UHGV virus genome: UHGV-0391923
DNA: 45,227 nucleotides
Direction: 5' to 3' (one strand)
DNA from: a virus
Shown here one piece after another: positions 36,075 through 43,917 of this stretch. Under the pieces are notes generated by a model that was given only the letters and a program-made list of their open reading frames with translations, was not told where the DNA came from and ran no database searches. The position numbers and the translations under genes were made by a program. Each line of letters starts with the position of its first letter. The first letter of the stretch is position 1.

Positions 36075-37189
36075 AATCCCAACTCCTTAAATGTTTTTTC
36101 GTCTAGCGCTCTTAGTTCTGCAATGGTGTAATCATTTCCCAATGGGTCAACAAACTTGGAGATAGGATACTTTCCTTGCTTGTATAACTTGTATCGCGTT
36201 TCGCCTAGCCATTCTTTTTGAAATGACGTGCTGGCTGTTTTGAAAAATTCGGGGAATGATTTGTTAGCATCAACTTGACCAATGATACCTTCGCGCTGAT
36301 CCTTAGGGATTTTCGATACAGGCTTGTCAGATTCCACAAAAGGACGCTTTCCGTCAATCTTTCCATCCTTATCCACCCCGATCAAAATCGCGCGGCAATT
36401 ATAATGTCTTGGCGGGTAAACAATATTTGGATCGCCTTTCTTCCACACGGTTTGGTCAAATGAAGCGCATCCAGTGGTTGTACGCCCATCAAGTACGCTG
36501 ACGTATTTCACATAATCAAAACCCAACACACTAAAAGTTTCTTGCATTGCGGTATTGGCCACTGTTGCGCGTATGGTGCGCACATTCGCTTCAATCCCGT
36601 TTCTGCGGACCTCATCCACGATACCGCCCACATATTCATAAGAGCCATCTTGCATTTTTGTACGCTTGCCGCGAAGTTCAGCCACGATTTGCGCCGTCGT
36701 GTTGCCTTGCTCGATACCCTGGCGCACCGCGTACAGTGCTTTATTGCGCGTCGACTCTGCTAGATTCTTCCACACATCATCAAATAACATGCCGCCCATG
36801 ACTGGCTTTTTCTTAATGCCTGCAATGACTTTGCTTCCGTTGAGTTCAATTTCTTCACCATACAGTTTAGAAATATAAGCAGCTTCATAGGTCGCAAGCG
36901 CAATAGCTGATACCGTGAATGTTTCAGGCACAGTAATCGCAACGGCATTATAAAGTTCGTCAAACGTGGATTTAATCTCTTTCAGCGTGTTGGTTGTGTA
37001 CCGGCCGGACAGTAGCGCATCGCGTTCAGCATCGGTCAGCTCGTCCAGCAGCTCGCGAAGTTTTGTAGCAGTCTGATTCATCGCTTTAGTGAACAAGCCG
37101 TTAAGCTCATTCACCACCGTAGTTGATGCCCTGTAACTGTAAACCTGATGCTGTATTAGAGCATCAAGCATGTTTTGTTCAGTGGTCAT
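36071..37189 (-). CDS. Head morphogenesis / minor head protein (SPP1 gp7 / Mu F-like)
   Basis: Size and position after portal; basic C-terminus. Confidence 0.6.
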   Translation of the reverse strand: MTTEQNMLDALIQHQVYSYRASTTVVNELNGLFTKAMNQTATKLRELLDELTDAERDALLSGRYTTNTLKEIKSTFDELYNAVAITVPETFTVSAIALATYEAAYISKLYGEEIELNGSKVIAGIKKKPVMGGMLFDDVWKNLAESTRNKALYAVRQGIEQGNTTAQIVAELRGKRTKMQDGSYEYVGGIVDEVRRNGIEANVRTIRATVANTAMQETFSVLGFDYVKYVSVLDGRTTTGCASFDQTVWKKGDPNIVYPPRHYNCRAILIGVDKDGKIDGKRPFVESDKPVSKIPKDQREGIIGQVDANKSFPEFFKTASTSFQKEWLGETRYKLYKQGKYPISKFVDPLGNDYTIAELRALDEKTFKELGL

Positions 37190-37530
37190 TTTGGCTCCTT
37201 CGCTTCGATCATGGCTTTTGGCATAACACTAAAATCTATATATGCATGACTTCCAAAATAAAGAATCCACGATAACCTACCATGAGGTTTAACTTCTGGT
37301 TTTTCATGGAACTTCTCAAAACCCACTTCATCAAATAATCTTAAATGTTCAGCAAAAGTTTGTGCTAAATCTTGCGGATCTATTGCTAACTCAGTCCACG
37401 GAATAGCAACAATATCAAAATCAAGATTCATTGTTCCATGTACCGCAAGCGCATATCCATTTTTTCTGGCTATATCACAAAGACCGCAATACATTGATGC
37501 AAATACAGGGGAAAATGTCGCATCTTTCAT
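37186..37530 (-). CDS. hypothetical protein (114 aa)
   Basis: Coupled ORF. Confidence 0.5.
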   Translation of the reverse strand: MKDATFSPVFASMYCGLCDIARKNGYALAVHGTMNLDFDIVAIPWTELAIDPQDLAQTFAEHLRLFDEVGFEKFHEKPEVKPHGRLSWILYFGSHAYIDFSVMPKAMIEAKEPK

Positions 37531-37817
37531 TGGTTTTTCTCCTGCGCTTCGATCACTGCTAAAAGCTCATTTGCAGAACAAACAGCTTCATCATAATCAT
37601 TGGGATTTAGTGATTTGTTCAGCGTATCCTTTGATACCAAAACAAACCCTTCCGGCACCGATTGAGCTTTGGCTTGCCATGCATCACGTGCACCTTTTAA
37701 ATATTCACGTTCAGCAATAGTTAAATCTCTTTCTTTACATGCCTGGTAAAGCTTCGCTACTTCTGGCAAAGCTGCAAAATCCTTATCGTTCTGAATATCC
37801 ATTACAACACACTCCAA
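37527..37817 (-). CDS. hypothetical protein (96 aa)
   Basis: Coupled ORF. Confidence 0.5.
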   Translation of the reverse strand: MECVVMDIQNDKDFAALPEVAKLYQACKERDLTIAEREYLKGARDAWQAKAQSVPEGFVLVSKDTLNKSLNPNDYDEAVCSANELLAVIEAQEKNQ

Positions 37818-38302
37818 AGCGCAAAGCCTAAAATACTAATAATACCAACAACAATCATGATTGCCACTAGGTCACGGTATTGGCGTTTGTATTTCTTGTG
37901 GATAAGCACATCCCTGTTTACTTCTGCCAGTTTTTCGCAAACACGGCCATAAGCGTCATCTAGGTCTTTGTACTCATGCTCTGCAATGTTCAGCTTATGG
38001 GATAGCTTGTTGTTCGCTGCCTGCGATTTACTAAGGTTTTCTTTAGCGGACTCCAGCTCACCAAAATAACGATCCATTCTCTCTGTGAGGGTTTTAATGA
38101 TCTCTCGCTCAGTTACAAGCACACCGCCATTGGATACAAAGTCCAATTCTTTAATAAGCTCATTCTGACGCTCGATTGTAATGCCACGATGCTTCACGGT
38201 ATCCAAATAATACGGATTCTTGCCGATTCGCTCAGACAGTTGCATCTGCGTTAATCCGAGTTTTGCTTTCACTTCTTCGATTTTGGTTTTTAGTTGGTTC
38301 AT
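37802..38302 (-). CDS. Tail-anchored membrane protein with an N-terminal XRE-like HTH and a central coiled coil
   Basis: HTH KLGLTQMQLSERIGKNPYYLD; C-terminal TM LVAIMIVVGIISILGFALWSVL. Confidence 0.55.
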   Translation of the reverse strand: MNQLKTKIEEVKAKLGLTQMQLSERIGKNPYYLDTVKHRGITIERQNELIKELDFVSNGGVLVTEREIIKTLTERMDRYFGELESAKENLSKSQAANNKLSHKLNIAEHEYKDLDDAYGRVCEKLAEVNRDVLIHKKYKRQYRDLVAIMIVVGIISILGFALWSVL

Positions 38303-38442
38303 TTTGCTTGCCCTTTGATTGCAAAGTATGCGAAGGAAGTTAGTGAGATAATAAAAAATATAAGGCTGATTAGTGTGGCACTGGCATTGAGTAAAATTGC
38401 GCTAACAATTAAAAATACTGCTGCTATTTGCGTTATGTTCAT
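38299..38442 (-). CDS. 47-aa hydrophobic micro-protein (MNITQIAAVFLIVSAILLNASATLISLIFFIISLTSFAYFAIKGQAK)
   Basis: AGGAG RBS; TGATG overlap upstream and ATGA overlap downstream. Confidence 0.45.
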   Translation of the reverse strand: MNITQIAAVFLIVSAILLNASATLISLIFFIISLTSFAYFAIKGQAK

Positions 38443-38576
38443 CACCATTTGCTCCTGAATGCTCGTATTTGGTCGATTTCTTTTCTTGCTATGTAGTTGG
38501 TGCGCTTAACCTTGTAATGCAGCTCTAACGCGATTACAGCGCAAATTAGAGCTATTATGATTGCCAGGATAATCAT
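38442..38576 (-). CDS. 44-aa single-TM micro-protein (MIILAIIIALICAVIALELHYKVKRTNYIARKEIDQIRAFRSKW)
   Basis: Stop/start coupled on both sides. Confidence 0.4.
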   Translation of the reverse strand: MIILAIIIALICAVIALELHYKVKRTNYIARKEIDQIRAFRSKW

Positions 38577-38577
38577 A

Positions 38578-38655
38578 TCAAAGCCCCACTATCCAAATGC
38601 CTGCGATTGCAAGGCCGATTAATGCCGGAATTACGATGTTAGAGATTATATTCAT
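38578..38655 (-). CDS. 25-aa hydrophobic peptide (MNIISNIVIPALIGLAIAGIWIVGL)
   Basis: ATGA overlap with the upstream 63-aa ORF. Confidence 0.3.
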   Translation of the reverse strand: MNIISNIVIPALIGLAIAGIWIVGL

Positions 38656-38843
38656 TTTGTCACCACTGGAACTTGCTGAAAGTCGCATCTAGTTTTTCTG
38701 TACTTTGTTTCATGTAGCCTTTTCTGTTTTTCGCATATCTCTCTTGTTGCGTATGTTAGTTGGTAGTCAGATGCCGAGCTAGACTTAATCCCTAGATCAA
38801 CAAAGCTCACTGTCAAAACCCAAACCGTTACCCATGTAATCAT
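38652..38843 (-). CDS. 63-aa protein with an N-terminal TM helix
   Basis: ITWVTVWVLTVSFV; coupled. Confidence 0.45.
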   Translation of the reverse strand: MITWVTVWVLTVSFVDLGIKSSSASDYQLTYATREICEKQKRLHETKYRKTRCDFQQVPVVTK

Positions 38844-38846
38844 GCC

Positions 38847-38951
38847 TCAATCCTTCACAAATAACGCAACTAGAATAAACATCAACACGCCAAAAATGAT
38901 GTTCACAAAGAAAATTGCCAATACTGACATGATTAATAAGATTGCTTTCAT
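38847..38951 (-). CDS. 34-aa hydrophobic peptide (MKAILLIMSVLAIFFVNIIFGVLMFILVALFVKD)
   Basis: ATGA overlap with the upstream ORF; 3 nt before the next ATG. Confidence 0.4.
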   Translation of the reverse strand: MKAILLIMSVLAIFFVNIIFGVLMFILVALFVKD

Positions 38952-39199
38952 TTCAAATACTCCATCAACTTATCTTTGATTAGCTCAAGCTCATCTTGAA
39001 CATATTCAGCGCTGTAAATATCGCTTGGTTTTGATGGCGCTCCCATGTGTATATCAGCATCTTTGTTGATGACCCACCCGTTAATATGAACCCTTATGTA
39101 AACCGTATCAACATGTGGGCTGTAGTCAAAAAAAGCATCATGCCCTTTTTCTTTTAGAGCTATGCAAGTTTTCAGTATTTCCAGTATTTGCTTTTCCAT
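38948..39199 (-). CDS. hypothetical protein (83 aa)
   Basis: RBS GGAGAATGAAATG. Confidence 0.5.
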   Translation of the reverse strand: MEKQILEILKTCIALKEKGHDAFFDYSPHVDTVYIRVHINGWVINKDADIHMGAPSKPSDIYSAEYVQDELELIKDKLMEYLK

Positions 39200-39259
39200 T
39201 TCATTCTCCTATTCAATGATTAAATACTAATCGTATAATTCTAACATGTCAATATATTA

Positions 39260-39547
39260 TTATAAACTATTTAAGTATTTCACGATGTTCTCATGCTGCA
39301 CCACATGAATATCACCTTTTCTTTTAAATCTTGCGATTGATGTCAGGTGGTCAAGATACTTTTCACTGGATTTCCACTGCCCCATTTTTTCAGCAATGAC
39401 AGCACTAATTTCGGGGCGGGTTAATCCGGTTCTTTTCTGCGTTTTTTTCAGGTGACGTTTAATGTCGAATGCGTAACTTTTCAGGTAGTCGATTTCGGCT
39501 TCATTTTGAGTGATTTTGCTTAATGTGTTTTCACTGAGTTTTAGCAT
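39260..39547 (-). CDS. HTH-containing small regulator-like protein (95 aa from MLKLSENTL)
   Basis: HTH-like RTGLTRPEISAVIAEKMG; AGGAGAAAAT RBS; promoter in the 77-bp repeat just upstream. Confidence 0.5.
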   Translation of the reverse strand: MLKLSENTLSKITQNEAEIDYLKSYAFDIKRHLKKTQKRTGLTRPEISAVIAEKMGQWKSSEKYLDHLTSIARFKRKGDIHVVQHENIVKYLNSL

Positions 39548-39582
39548 GGTATTTTCTCCTATATTTTCTCTATTATACACAT

Positions 39583-39659
39583 AAATGAGAATAATTCTAT
39601 ATATACTAAAAGTCACCACTAAGCCTATTCTTCTTATATACAACCCTATACAACTGGTA
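39583..39659 (-). repeat. Second copy of the 77-bp element (reverse complement of 5084..5160), in the same orientation relative to its downstream gene
   Basis: 77/77 identity. Confidence 0.9.
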
Positions 39660-39765
39660 TAAAGAATATATAGAAAAACACGTAAAACATAAGAACATAT
39701 TACTATTATATAACGTATAGAGCTTTTATAAGATTATGTCTAAAATGATCAAATTTTGAGCAGTA

Positions 39766-39788
39766 AAAAGCCCCCTTTCGGAGGCCAA
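39766..39788 (-). terminator. Terminator GGCCTCCgaaaGGGGGC plus TTTTT after the portal gene
   Basis: Hairpin plus T-run on the minus strand. Confidence 0.5.
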
Positions 39789-39790
39789 TT

Positions 39791-41188
39791 TTAGACAAAA
39801 CTCTGCGTCTGAGATTCCTCAATTCTGATACGTTCTTCATCGAAATCCAGCTCTGGAATTTTACCTGTGGCCATGATCTCATGAAGCGTTTTTGCACTCA
39901 TTCGACCCGCAACAACTTCCGACTGGTAGAACTTCAAATCTTCAAGACTGATACGACCTTTGGCAAAGTCCTGCTTGATTGTGAATTTAGCATCGTTGCC
40001 TGAGCCGTAGAACGCTGCACACCATTTAAGGCAATACTCCATAGCTTCATTCAGGTTCGACACGCACAGCGACAATACAGAGTGATTTGTAGCGTCATCG
40101 GAATTGACCTGTGTTGCGGTCTTATTCACAGCACTGGAATCAAGCAATTTCGCGCCCAAGTCCTGCATATACTGCTTTTTGTCGTCCATTGCTTCTTTTG
40201 CCAATGTGTCAATTGGTGCAGTTGCATAAGTGAATTTTCCACTTCCACGCAATACAAGTGGCGTTGCACTGCCTAGCATCACTCCACCTTTCCCTAGTCG
40301 TTCAGCGTCATCATGATCCAATTCACTAAAAACAGGCTGCACCTGGTTGGTGAAGAACACGGATTGTTCGTACTCAGCACTGTTTCGGTAGTGTGCCAGG
40401 TTGATCTCGGCCACTGGTTCAAGCGGAATCTCGTCAATTGACAGGTCATTCACCTGCGCCCCAATTGGAAAAAACAGGATTTCGTTAAGGCGGTTGCCAT
40501 TGATGGTTGGGTAAATCAAATCCCCTGCAAGCATCTCGCCAGTGCGGTCAGAATAAACCTGAATGGAATATTCATTGTTTTCGTCCAATCGCAATACGCG
40601 GTAATTCGTTACAACCTGCTCTTGGAACTCGTTTAATGGATCGGTTTCCGTGGTGAACTCGCGTAAAACTACAAGTGAAGTCCGAAATTCGTTACCGATC
40701 TTCTTAACTCGCCAGTTAATGATATTAAAAGCATCGTATAACGCCATGATTGGACGTATACCGCGTGTTTGAATGTCGGCAGGTGTTACCCCCCCATCCG
40801 TCACAGGATAGTCCACCAAGAAGCCACCACGCCCGAATTTAAGCAATAAGCCTAAAGCCTTTTGATTGAGCTGATAAATCGAAGTGCCTAGACCGTCTGC
40901 ATTATCCTTGAGGAAATCCATGCCATCGGGGTCAAATGTCGGGTCTTCTGCAAAAGCCAAGCCGATATGCGTCTGTAAAGTGTTCTTTGCAATCGGGTAG
41001 AACACGGCACGTTTTAAATACGCCTGATAGCGATTCCAGTTTGTTTCGTAGTCGCTACAAAAGTTAATCATAGGCAGATACAGCGTGTTTGCTTTCTTGA
41101 CCGCTCTTGAGCCACTACATACGTCCTGCATCATCCGCCATCTGTCGGCATTTTCTAAATATTCTAAATGCTGAAAATCTACTGACAT
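39791..41188 (-). CDS. Portal protein
   Basis: 465 aa, acidic, between terminase and head morphogenesis. Confidence 0.75.
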   Translation of the reverse strand: MSVDFQHLEYLENADRWRMMQDVCSGSRAVKKANTLYLPMINFCSDYETNWNRYQAYLKRAVFYPIAKNTLQTHIGLAFAEDPTFDPDGMDFLKDNADGLGTSIYQLNQKALGLLLKFGRGGFLVDYPVTDGGVTPADIQTRGIRPIMALYDAFNIINWRVKKIGNEFRTSLVVLREFTTETDPLNEFQEQVVTNYRVLRLDENNEYSIQVYSDRTGEMLAGDLIYPTINGNRLNEILFFPIGAQVNDLSIDEIPLEPVAEINLAHYRNSAEYEQSVFFTNQVQPVFSELDHDDAERLGKGGVMLGSATPLVLRGSGKFTYATAPIDTLAKEAMDDKKQYMQDLGAKLLDSSAVNKTATQVNSDDATNHSVLSLCVSNLNEAMEYCLKWCAAFYGSGNDAKFTIKQDFAKGRISLEDLKFYQSEVVAGRMSAKTLHEIMATGKIPELDFDEERIRIEESQTQSFV

Positions 41189-41225
41189 TTTTTAAACCCT
41201 ATATAAGTTTTTTTTATTATAGCAA

Positions 41226-41249
41226 AAGAAAGCCCATTTAGATGGGCTT
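41226..41249 (-). terminator. Terminator AGCCCAtctaaaTGGGCT plus TTCTTTTG
   Basis: Hairpin overlapping the stop codon of the preceding small gene. Confidence 0.55.
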
Positions 41250-41420
41250 GATGAATCCGTTCTTTATATCGACGTTACAAGGGAATGCGTATCTAATCCA
41301 ATCAATTCTATTTGCTGTAAAATAAGATTCATAGTTAGATACCACTTTCCAGTAGTCACCGCTCTTGTCGTAATGCGTCGCCCCTTCCGGTGCATTTGCT
41401 TTAATTTGTTGTGGGGTCAT
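41238..41420 (-). CDS. NAPEGATHY-motif small protein, paralog B
   Basis: See 35707..35919. Confidence 0.5.
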   Translation of the reverse strand: MTPQQIKANAPEGATHYDKSGDYWKVVSNYESYFTANRIDWIRYAFPCNVDIKNGFIKPI

Positions 41421-41575
41421 GACTTTGCCAATCCTTCTGTTAGCTCTCGATTATCCATAGAGTGATGAATATATATGCCGTCCTCATAGTCTGGATTACA
41501 CCAGCACTGATTATTTGGCACATGCTCCTTAATATCATTCAAAGGAATTACATTAAACTCGATTACTTGCCACAT
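41417..41575 (-). CDS. IYIH-motif small protein, paralog B (52 aa)
   Basis: ATGA-coupled to 41238..41420; homologous to 35880..36074. Confidence 0.45.
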   Translation of the reverse strand: MWQVIEFNVIPLNDIKEHVPNNQCWCNPDYEDGIYIHHSMDNRELTEGLAKS

Positions 41576-41778
41576 GATAAAACAGCTCCATAATATCCGA
41601 TTTTCTTCATCTGCCTTTCACACCATCTTTTTCTAAATGCCTTCTCGTACTCGGTTATCTCGCCCCCATACTGCGATCCTGCAAAATTCACAGATTTGCT
41701 TTTGTGTGTCGGGTTAAAGTTTAGGTGCGGGGTTAGAACAGCATTACTGATTTTTGAAAGTTCATCAAGTCTATTCAT
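41563..41778 (-). CDS. hypothetical protein (71 aa)
   Basis: ORF. Confidence 0.4.
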   Translation of the reverse strand: MNRLDELSKISNAVLTPHLNFNPTHKSKSVNFAGSQYGGEITEYEKAFRKRWCERQMKKIGYYGAVLSCGK

Positions 41779-41953
41779 TTTGCTTCTCCAAGTTGCGGGG
41801 TCATTTTTTAACTCCTATCCTTGCTAAATATCTAGCGATAGATTATTGGGTGAAACAGCAGGCCTAAAACAAAACCTAGTGCGAGGACTGTAATAATTGA
41901 TACGTAAAAAACATATATTGCATATCTGCCAATATGCCACTTTCCTTCTGTTT

Positions 41954-42193
41954 TCATGCTTCATCATCCAATCTACGTTTAGCTCCAATCTCTCTGTTGT
42001 TTGCCAACCTCAATTCAGCGCAACTGAAATGATTTAGAAGTTCACCTTCTGCTTGGCAAATAAAACTATTCTCAAATACATTGGATTTACCAACAATCTT
42101 CCAAAGCTTTGGCTTTGTCCTTTTGCTTTTGCGCACAACAATGAGTATTCCCATTCTAGCGACTTCATCACTAACACCATTAAATTCAATCAT
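41954..42193 (-). CDS. hypothetical basic protein (79 aa)
   Basis: ORF. Confidence 0.4.
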   Translation of the reverse strand: MIEFNGVSDEVARMGILIVVRKSKRTKPKLWKIVGKSNVFENSFICQAEGELLNHFSCAELRLANNREIGAKRRLDDEA

Positions 42194-42371
42194 TCCTCAT
42201 CCTCCAAAGCCTTACCGCCTGCATACTGATATGCTTCGGCAAGTTTTTCTTGAGCATCATCAATTAAACGCTTTAACTCATCATCGCTTGCCTGATGGTT
42301 TCTAACGTGATCTTCGATTCCCTGCTGAAAAACAGAGATTCGATCCATTATTTCATACCAACCGTGATTCA
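42190..42371 (-). CDS. hypothetical acidic protein (about 60 aa from MNHGWYEIM)
   Basis: Start placed 2 nt after the stop of the upstream ORF. Confidence 0.4.
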
Positions 42372-42373
42372 TC

Positions 42374-42589
42374 TTACTTCTCCAAAACAATTGTGCCGTG
42401 TGGAATGTCCACATCACGTAAATCCATAGGTTCGCGCTTGGCGAGTTCGGTGCGGATGGCTTTGATATTGAGGTGCATACCATCATTAACTTCAATTTCT
42501 ATGCTGCAATATTCTCCTGTTGGCTCTAGGTATGTATCTGCCCACTCAGGCGCACCATCTACAATTTTTTTCATTTGTTCAAAATCCAT
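42374..42589 (-). CDS. hypothetical protein (71 aa)
   Basis: ORF. Confidence 0.45.
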   Translation of the reverse strand: MDFEQMKKIVDGAPEWADTYLEPTGEYCSIEIEVNDGMHLNIKAIRTELAKREPMDLRDVDIPHGTIVLEK

Positions 42590-42664
42590 TAATCAACACT
42601 CCCACATAAATAATTGCAATTGCGAAAGGCGGCAGGAACAGCCCTGCCACCACATCCTTGCTGT

Positions 42665-42913
42665 TCACGCCTCCACCTCCGCCACAATCTCAAAATAACG
42701 CGCCTTCTCCGCCAAATCATCGTACAAGCAAGGCAATGCGTTAAACTTTTCTACAAAGTCATTCGCTGCGACCACTTCAAAAGCATCGTTAAGATTAATG
42801 CGAACGCCGTCCAGGATAATTGATTCATTTAATGACGGCTTGAATGACGCAGGCAGCGCTTCTTTTAGTGCTTCGATACCGTTTTCGTTTGCGTATTTAA
42901 TTGCTGTGTTCAT
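42665..42913 (-). CDS. hypothetical acidic protein (82 aa)
   Basis: ORF. Confidence 0.5.
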   Translation of the reverse strand: MNTAIKYANENGIEALKEALPASFKPSLNESIILDGVRINLNDAFEVVAANDFVEKFNALPCLYDDLAEKARYFEIVAEVEA

Positions 42914-42915
42914 GG

Positions 42916-43056
42916 TTATTTATCCTGAAATTGATAGGCTAAGAAAAAAGCAAAACACATGATTAACACAACAATAAGGCTAATTGCCGTCGGTTGTGAG
43001 CTGTAATTTATAACCGAGCATATTAAAAACACTGCTTGAAATTGTACTCTATTCAT
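42916..43056 (-). CDS. 46-aa hydrophobic micro-protein (MNRVQFQAVFLICSVINYSSQPTAISLIVVLIMCFAFFLAYQFQDK)
   Basis: Strong RBS AAGGAG-N9-ATG directly behind a TTGACA-N17-CATAAT promoter. Confidence 0.45.
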   Translation of the reverse strand: MNRVQFQAVFLICSVINYSSQPTAISLIVVLIMCFAFFLAYQFQDK

Positions 43057-43081
43057 TTGGTTTATCTCCTTAACTCATGTC

Positions 43082-43110
43082 ATTATGTTATTATAAATAC
43101 TGATTGTCAA
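43082..43110 (-). promoter_or_regulatory. Sigma70-like promoter TTGACA-N17-CATAAT for the accessory operon 43056->41238
   Basis: Consensus -35 and good -10 just downstream of a bidirectional terminator. Confidence 0.55.
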
Positions 43111-43115
43111 GCACT

Positions 43116-43146
43116 AAAAAAGGCCATTAATCGGCCTTGTATTTTC
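43116..43146. terminator. Bidirectional terminator AAGGCCattaatcGGCCTT with A5/T4 flanks
   Basis: Hairpin plus T-runs. Confidence 0.55.
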
Positions 43147-43267
43147 CGCATTTCCGGCATTCCGTTTGCCGAAATATGTCTGATTCGTAATCATAGTGAT
43201 GAAAGCACAGCAGCCTTTTGATAAATGCGATCATAAGAACGACTCCCTATTATTTTTCTTAGGGTAA

Positions 43268-43297
43268 TAAAAAAGCCTTGCATATAGCAAGGCTTAT
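43268..43297 (-). terminator. Strong minus-strand terminator AAGCCTTGCtatatGCAAGGCTT plus TTTTTTATT, downstream of the tRNA
   Basis: 9-bp stem plus T6. Confidence 0.65.
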
Positions 43298-43404
43298 TGT
43301 GCGTAGACATGATTGCAGTCACTCTACACTCTGCTTAAATAAGATAACCATGAACACGATTGACTGAACAACCTGATGCAACCAATAAATTACATCTGTG
43401 GTGT

Positions 43405-43442
43405 AACCGCATGGAATCCATGCCACTATACAGAAATTACAC
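43405..43442. repeat. Direct repeat R1 with a GCATGG/CCATGC hairpin, immediately 3' of the tRNA
   Basis: About 85% identical to 43691..43730 (AACCGCATG..CCATGCC.CTATACAGAAA.TT.CAC). Confidence 0.8.
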
Positions 43443-43453
43443 CCAGATATAAT

Positions 43454-43530
43454 TGGAGCGCCTAGTAGGAATCGAACCCACCTATGTACGGAGTAGAATT
43501 CCGCTGCCTAATCCAATCGGCCATAGACGC
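43454..43530 (-). tRNA. tRNA-Arg (anticodon TCT), 77 nt including an encoded CCA
   Basis: Reverse complement GCGTCTATGGCCGATTGGATTAGGCAGCGGAATTCTACTCCGTACATAGGTGGGTTCGATTCCTACTAGGCGCTCCA folds into a 7-bp acceptor stem, D-loop with GG, anticodon stem GCGGA/TCCGT with loop AT-TCT-AC, and T-arm GTGGG-TTCGATT-CCTAC. Confidence 0.8.
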
Positions 43531-43690
43531 TTAATTACCGCTTTTCGTGTACAGCTCGGCTACTGCGGAAAACCTAGTGAACAAGGTAACACTTGATACA
43601 TTCATACTTTAGCTTGTTATGCTCACAATACGAGTGTATGTGCATTTCACAAGCTCCCGATGTATCACGGGTTTAAACTTTAGTAGAGTG

Positions 43691-43730
43691 AACCGCATGA
43701 AGTAGCCCATGCCCTATACAGAAAATTCAC
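43691..43730. repeat. Direct repeat R2 with a GCATG..CATGC hairpin, 5' of the tRNA
   Basis: See R1. Confidence 0.8.
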
Positions 43731-43917
43731 TCTCTAAAATTGCCAAACTTTCTTGGCGGTCAATTGACTGGCAACGTGCGAATAGTTGCATGATTCGTCT
43801 TAAGCGTATAGTCAGCTTTGAATCTAGCGACCAAACCAAATAAGGCGCTATACTTACTACCATGTCGCGCATGGATTCAATCAATAAGAGAATATTACCA
43901 CTGCACTGCAATAAATG

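Noticed and set aside
39706-39897. 63-aa minus-strand ORF overlapping the portal 3' end and terminator
   Set aside because: Overlaps the portal C-terminus and the terminator hairpin in another frame; likely spurious
43036-43221. 61-aa plus-strand ORF in the terL-portal noncoding region
   Set aside because: Spans a promoter and a bidirectional terminator hairpin; antisense to the 46-aa micro-ORF; no RBS
43714-43911. 65-aa minus-strand ORF just downstream of terL
   Set aside because: No RBS; Leu/Ser-rich low-complexity product; overlaps repeat R2. Could be real, but not supported enough.
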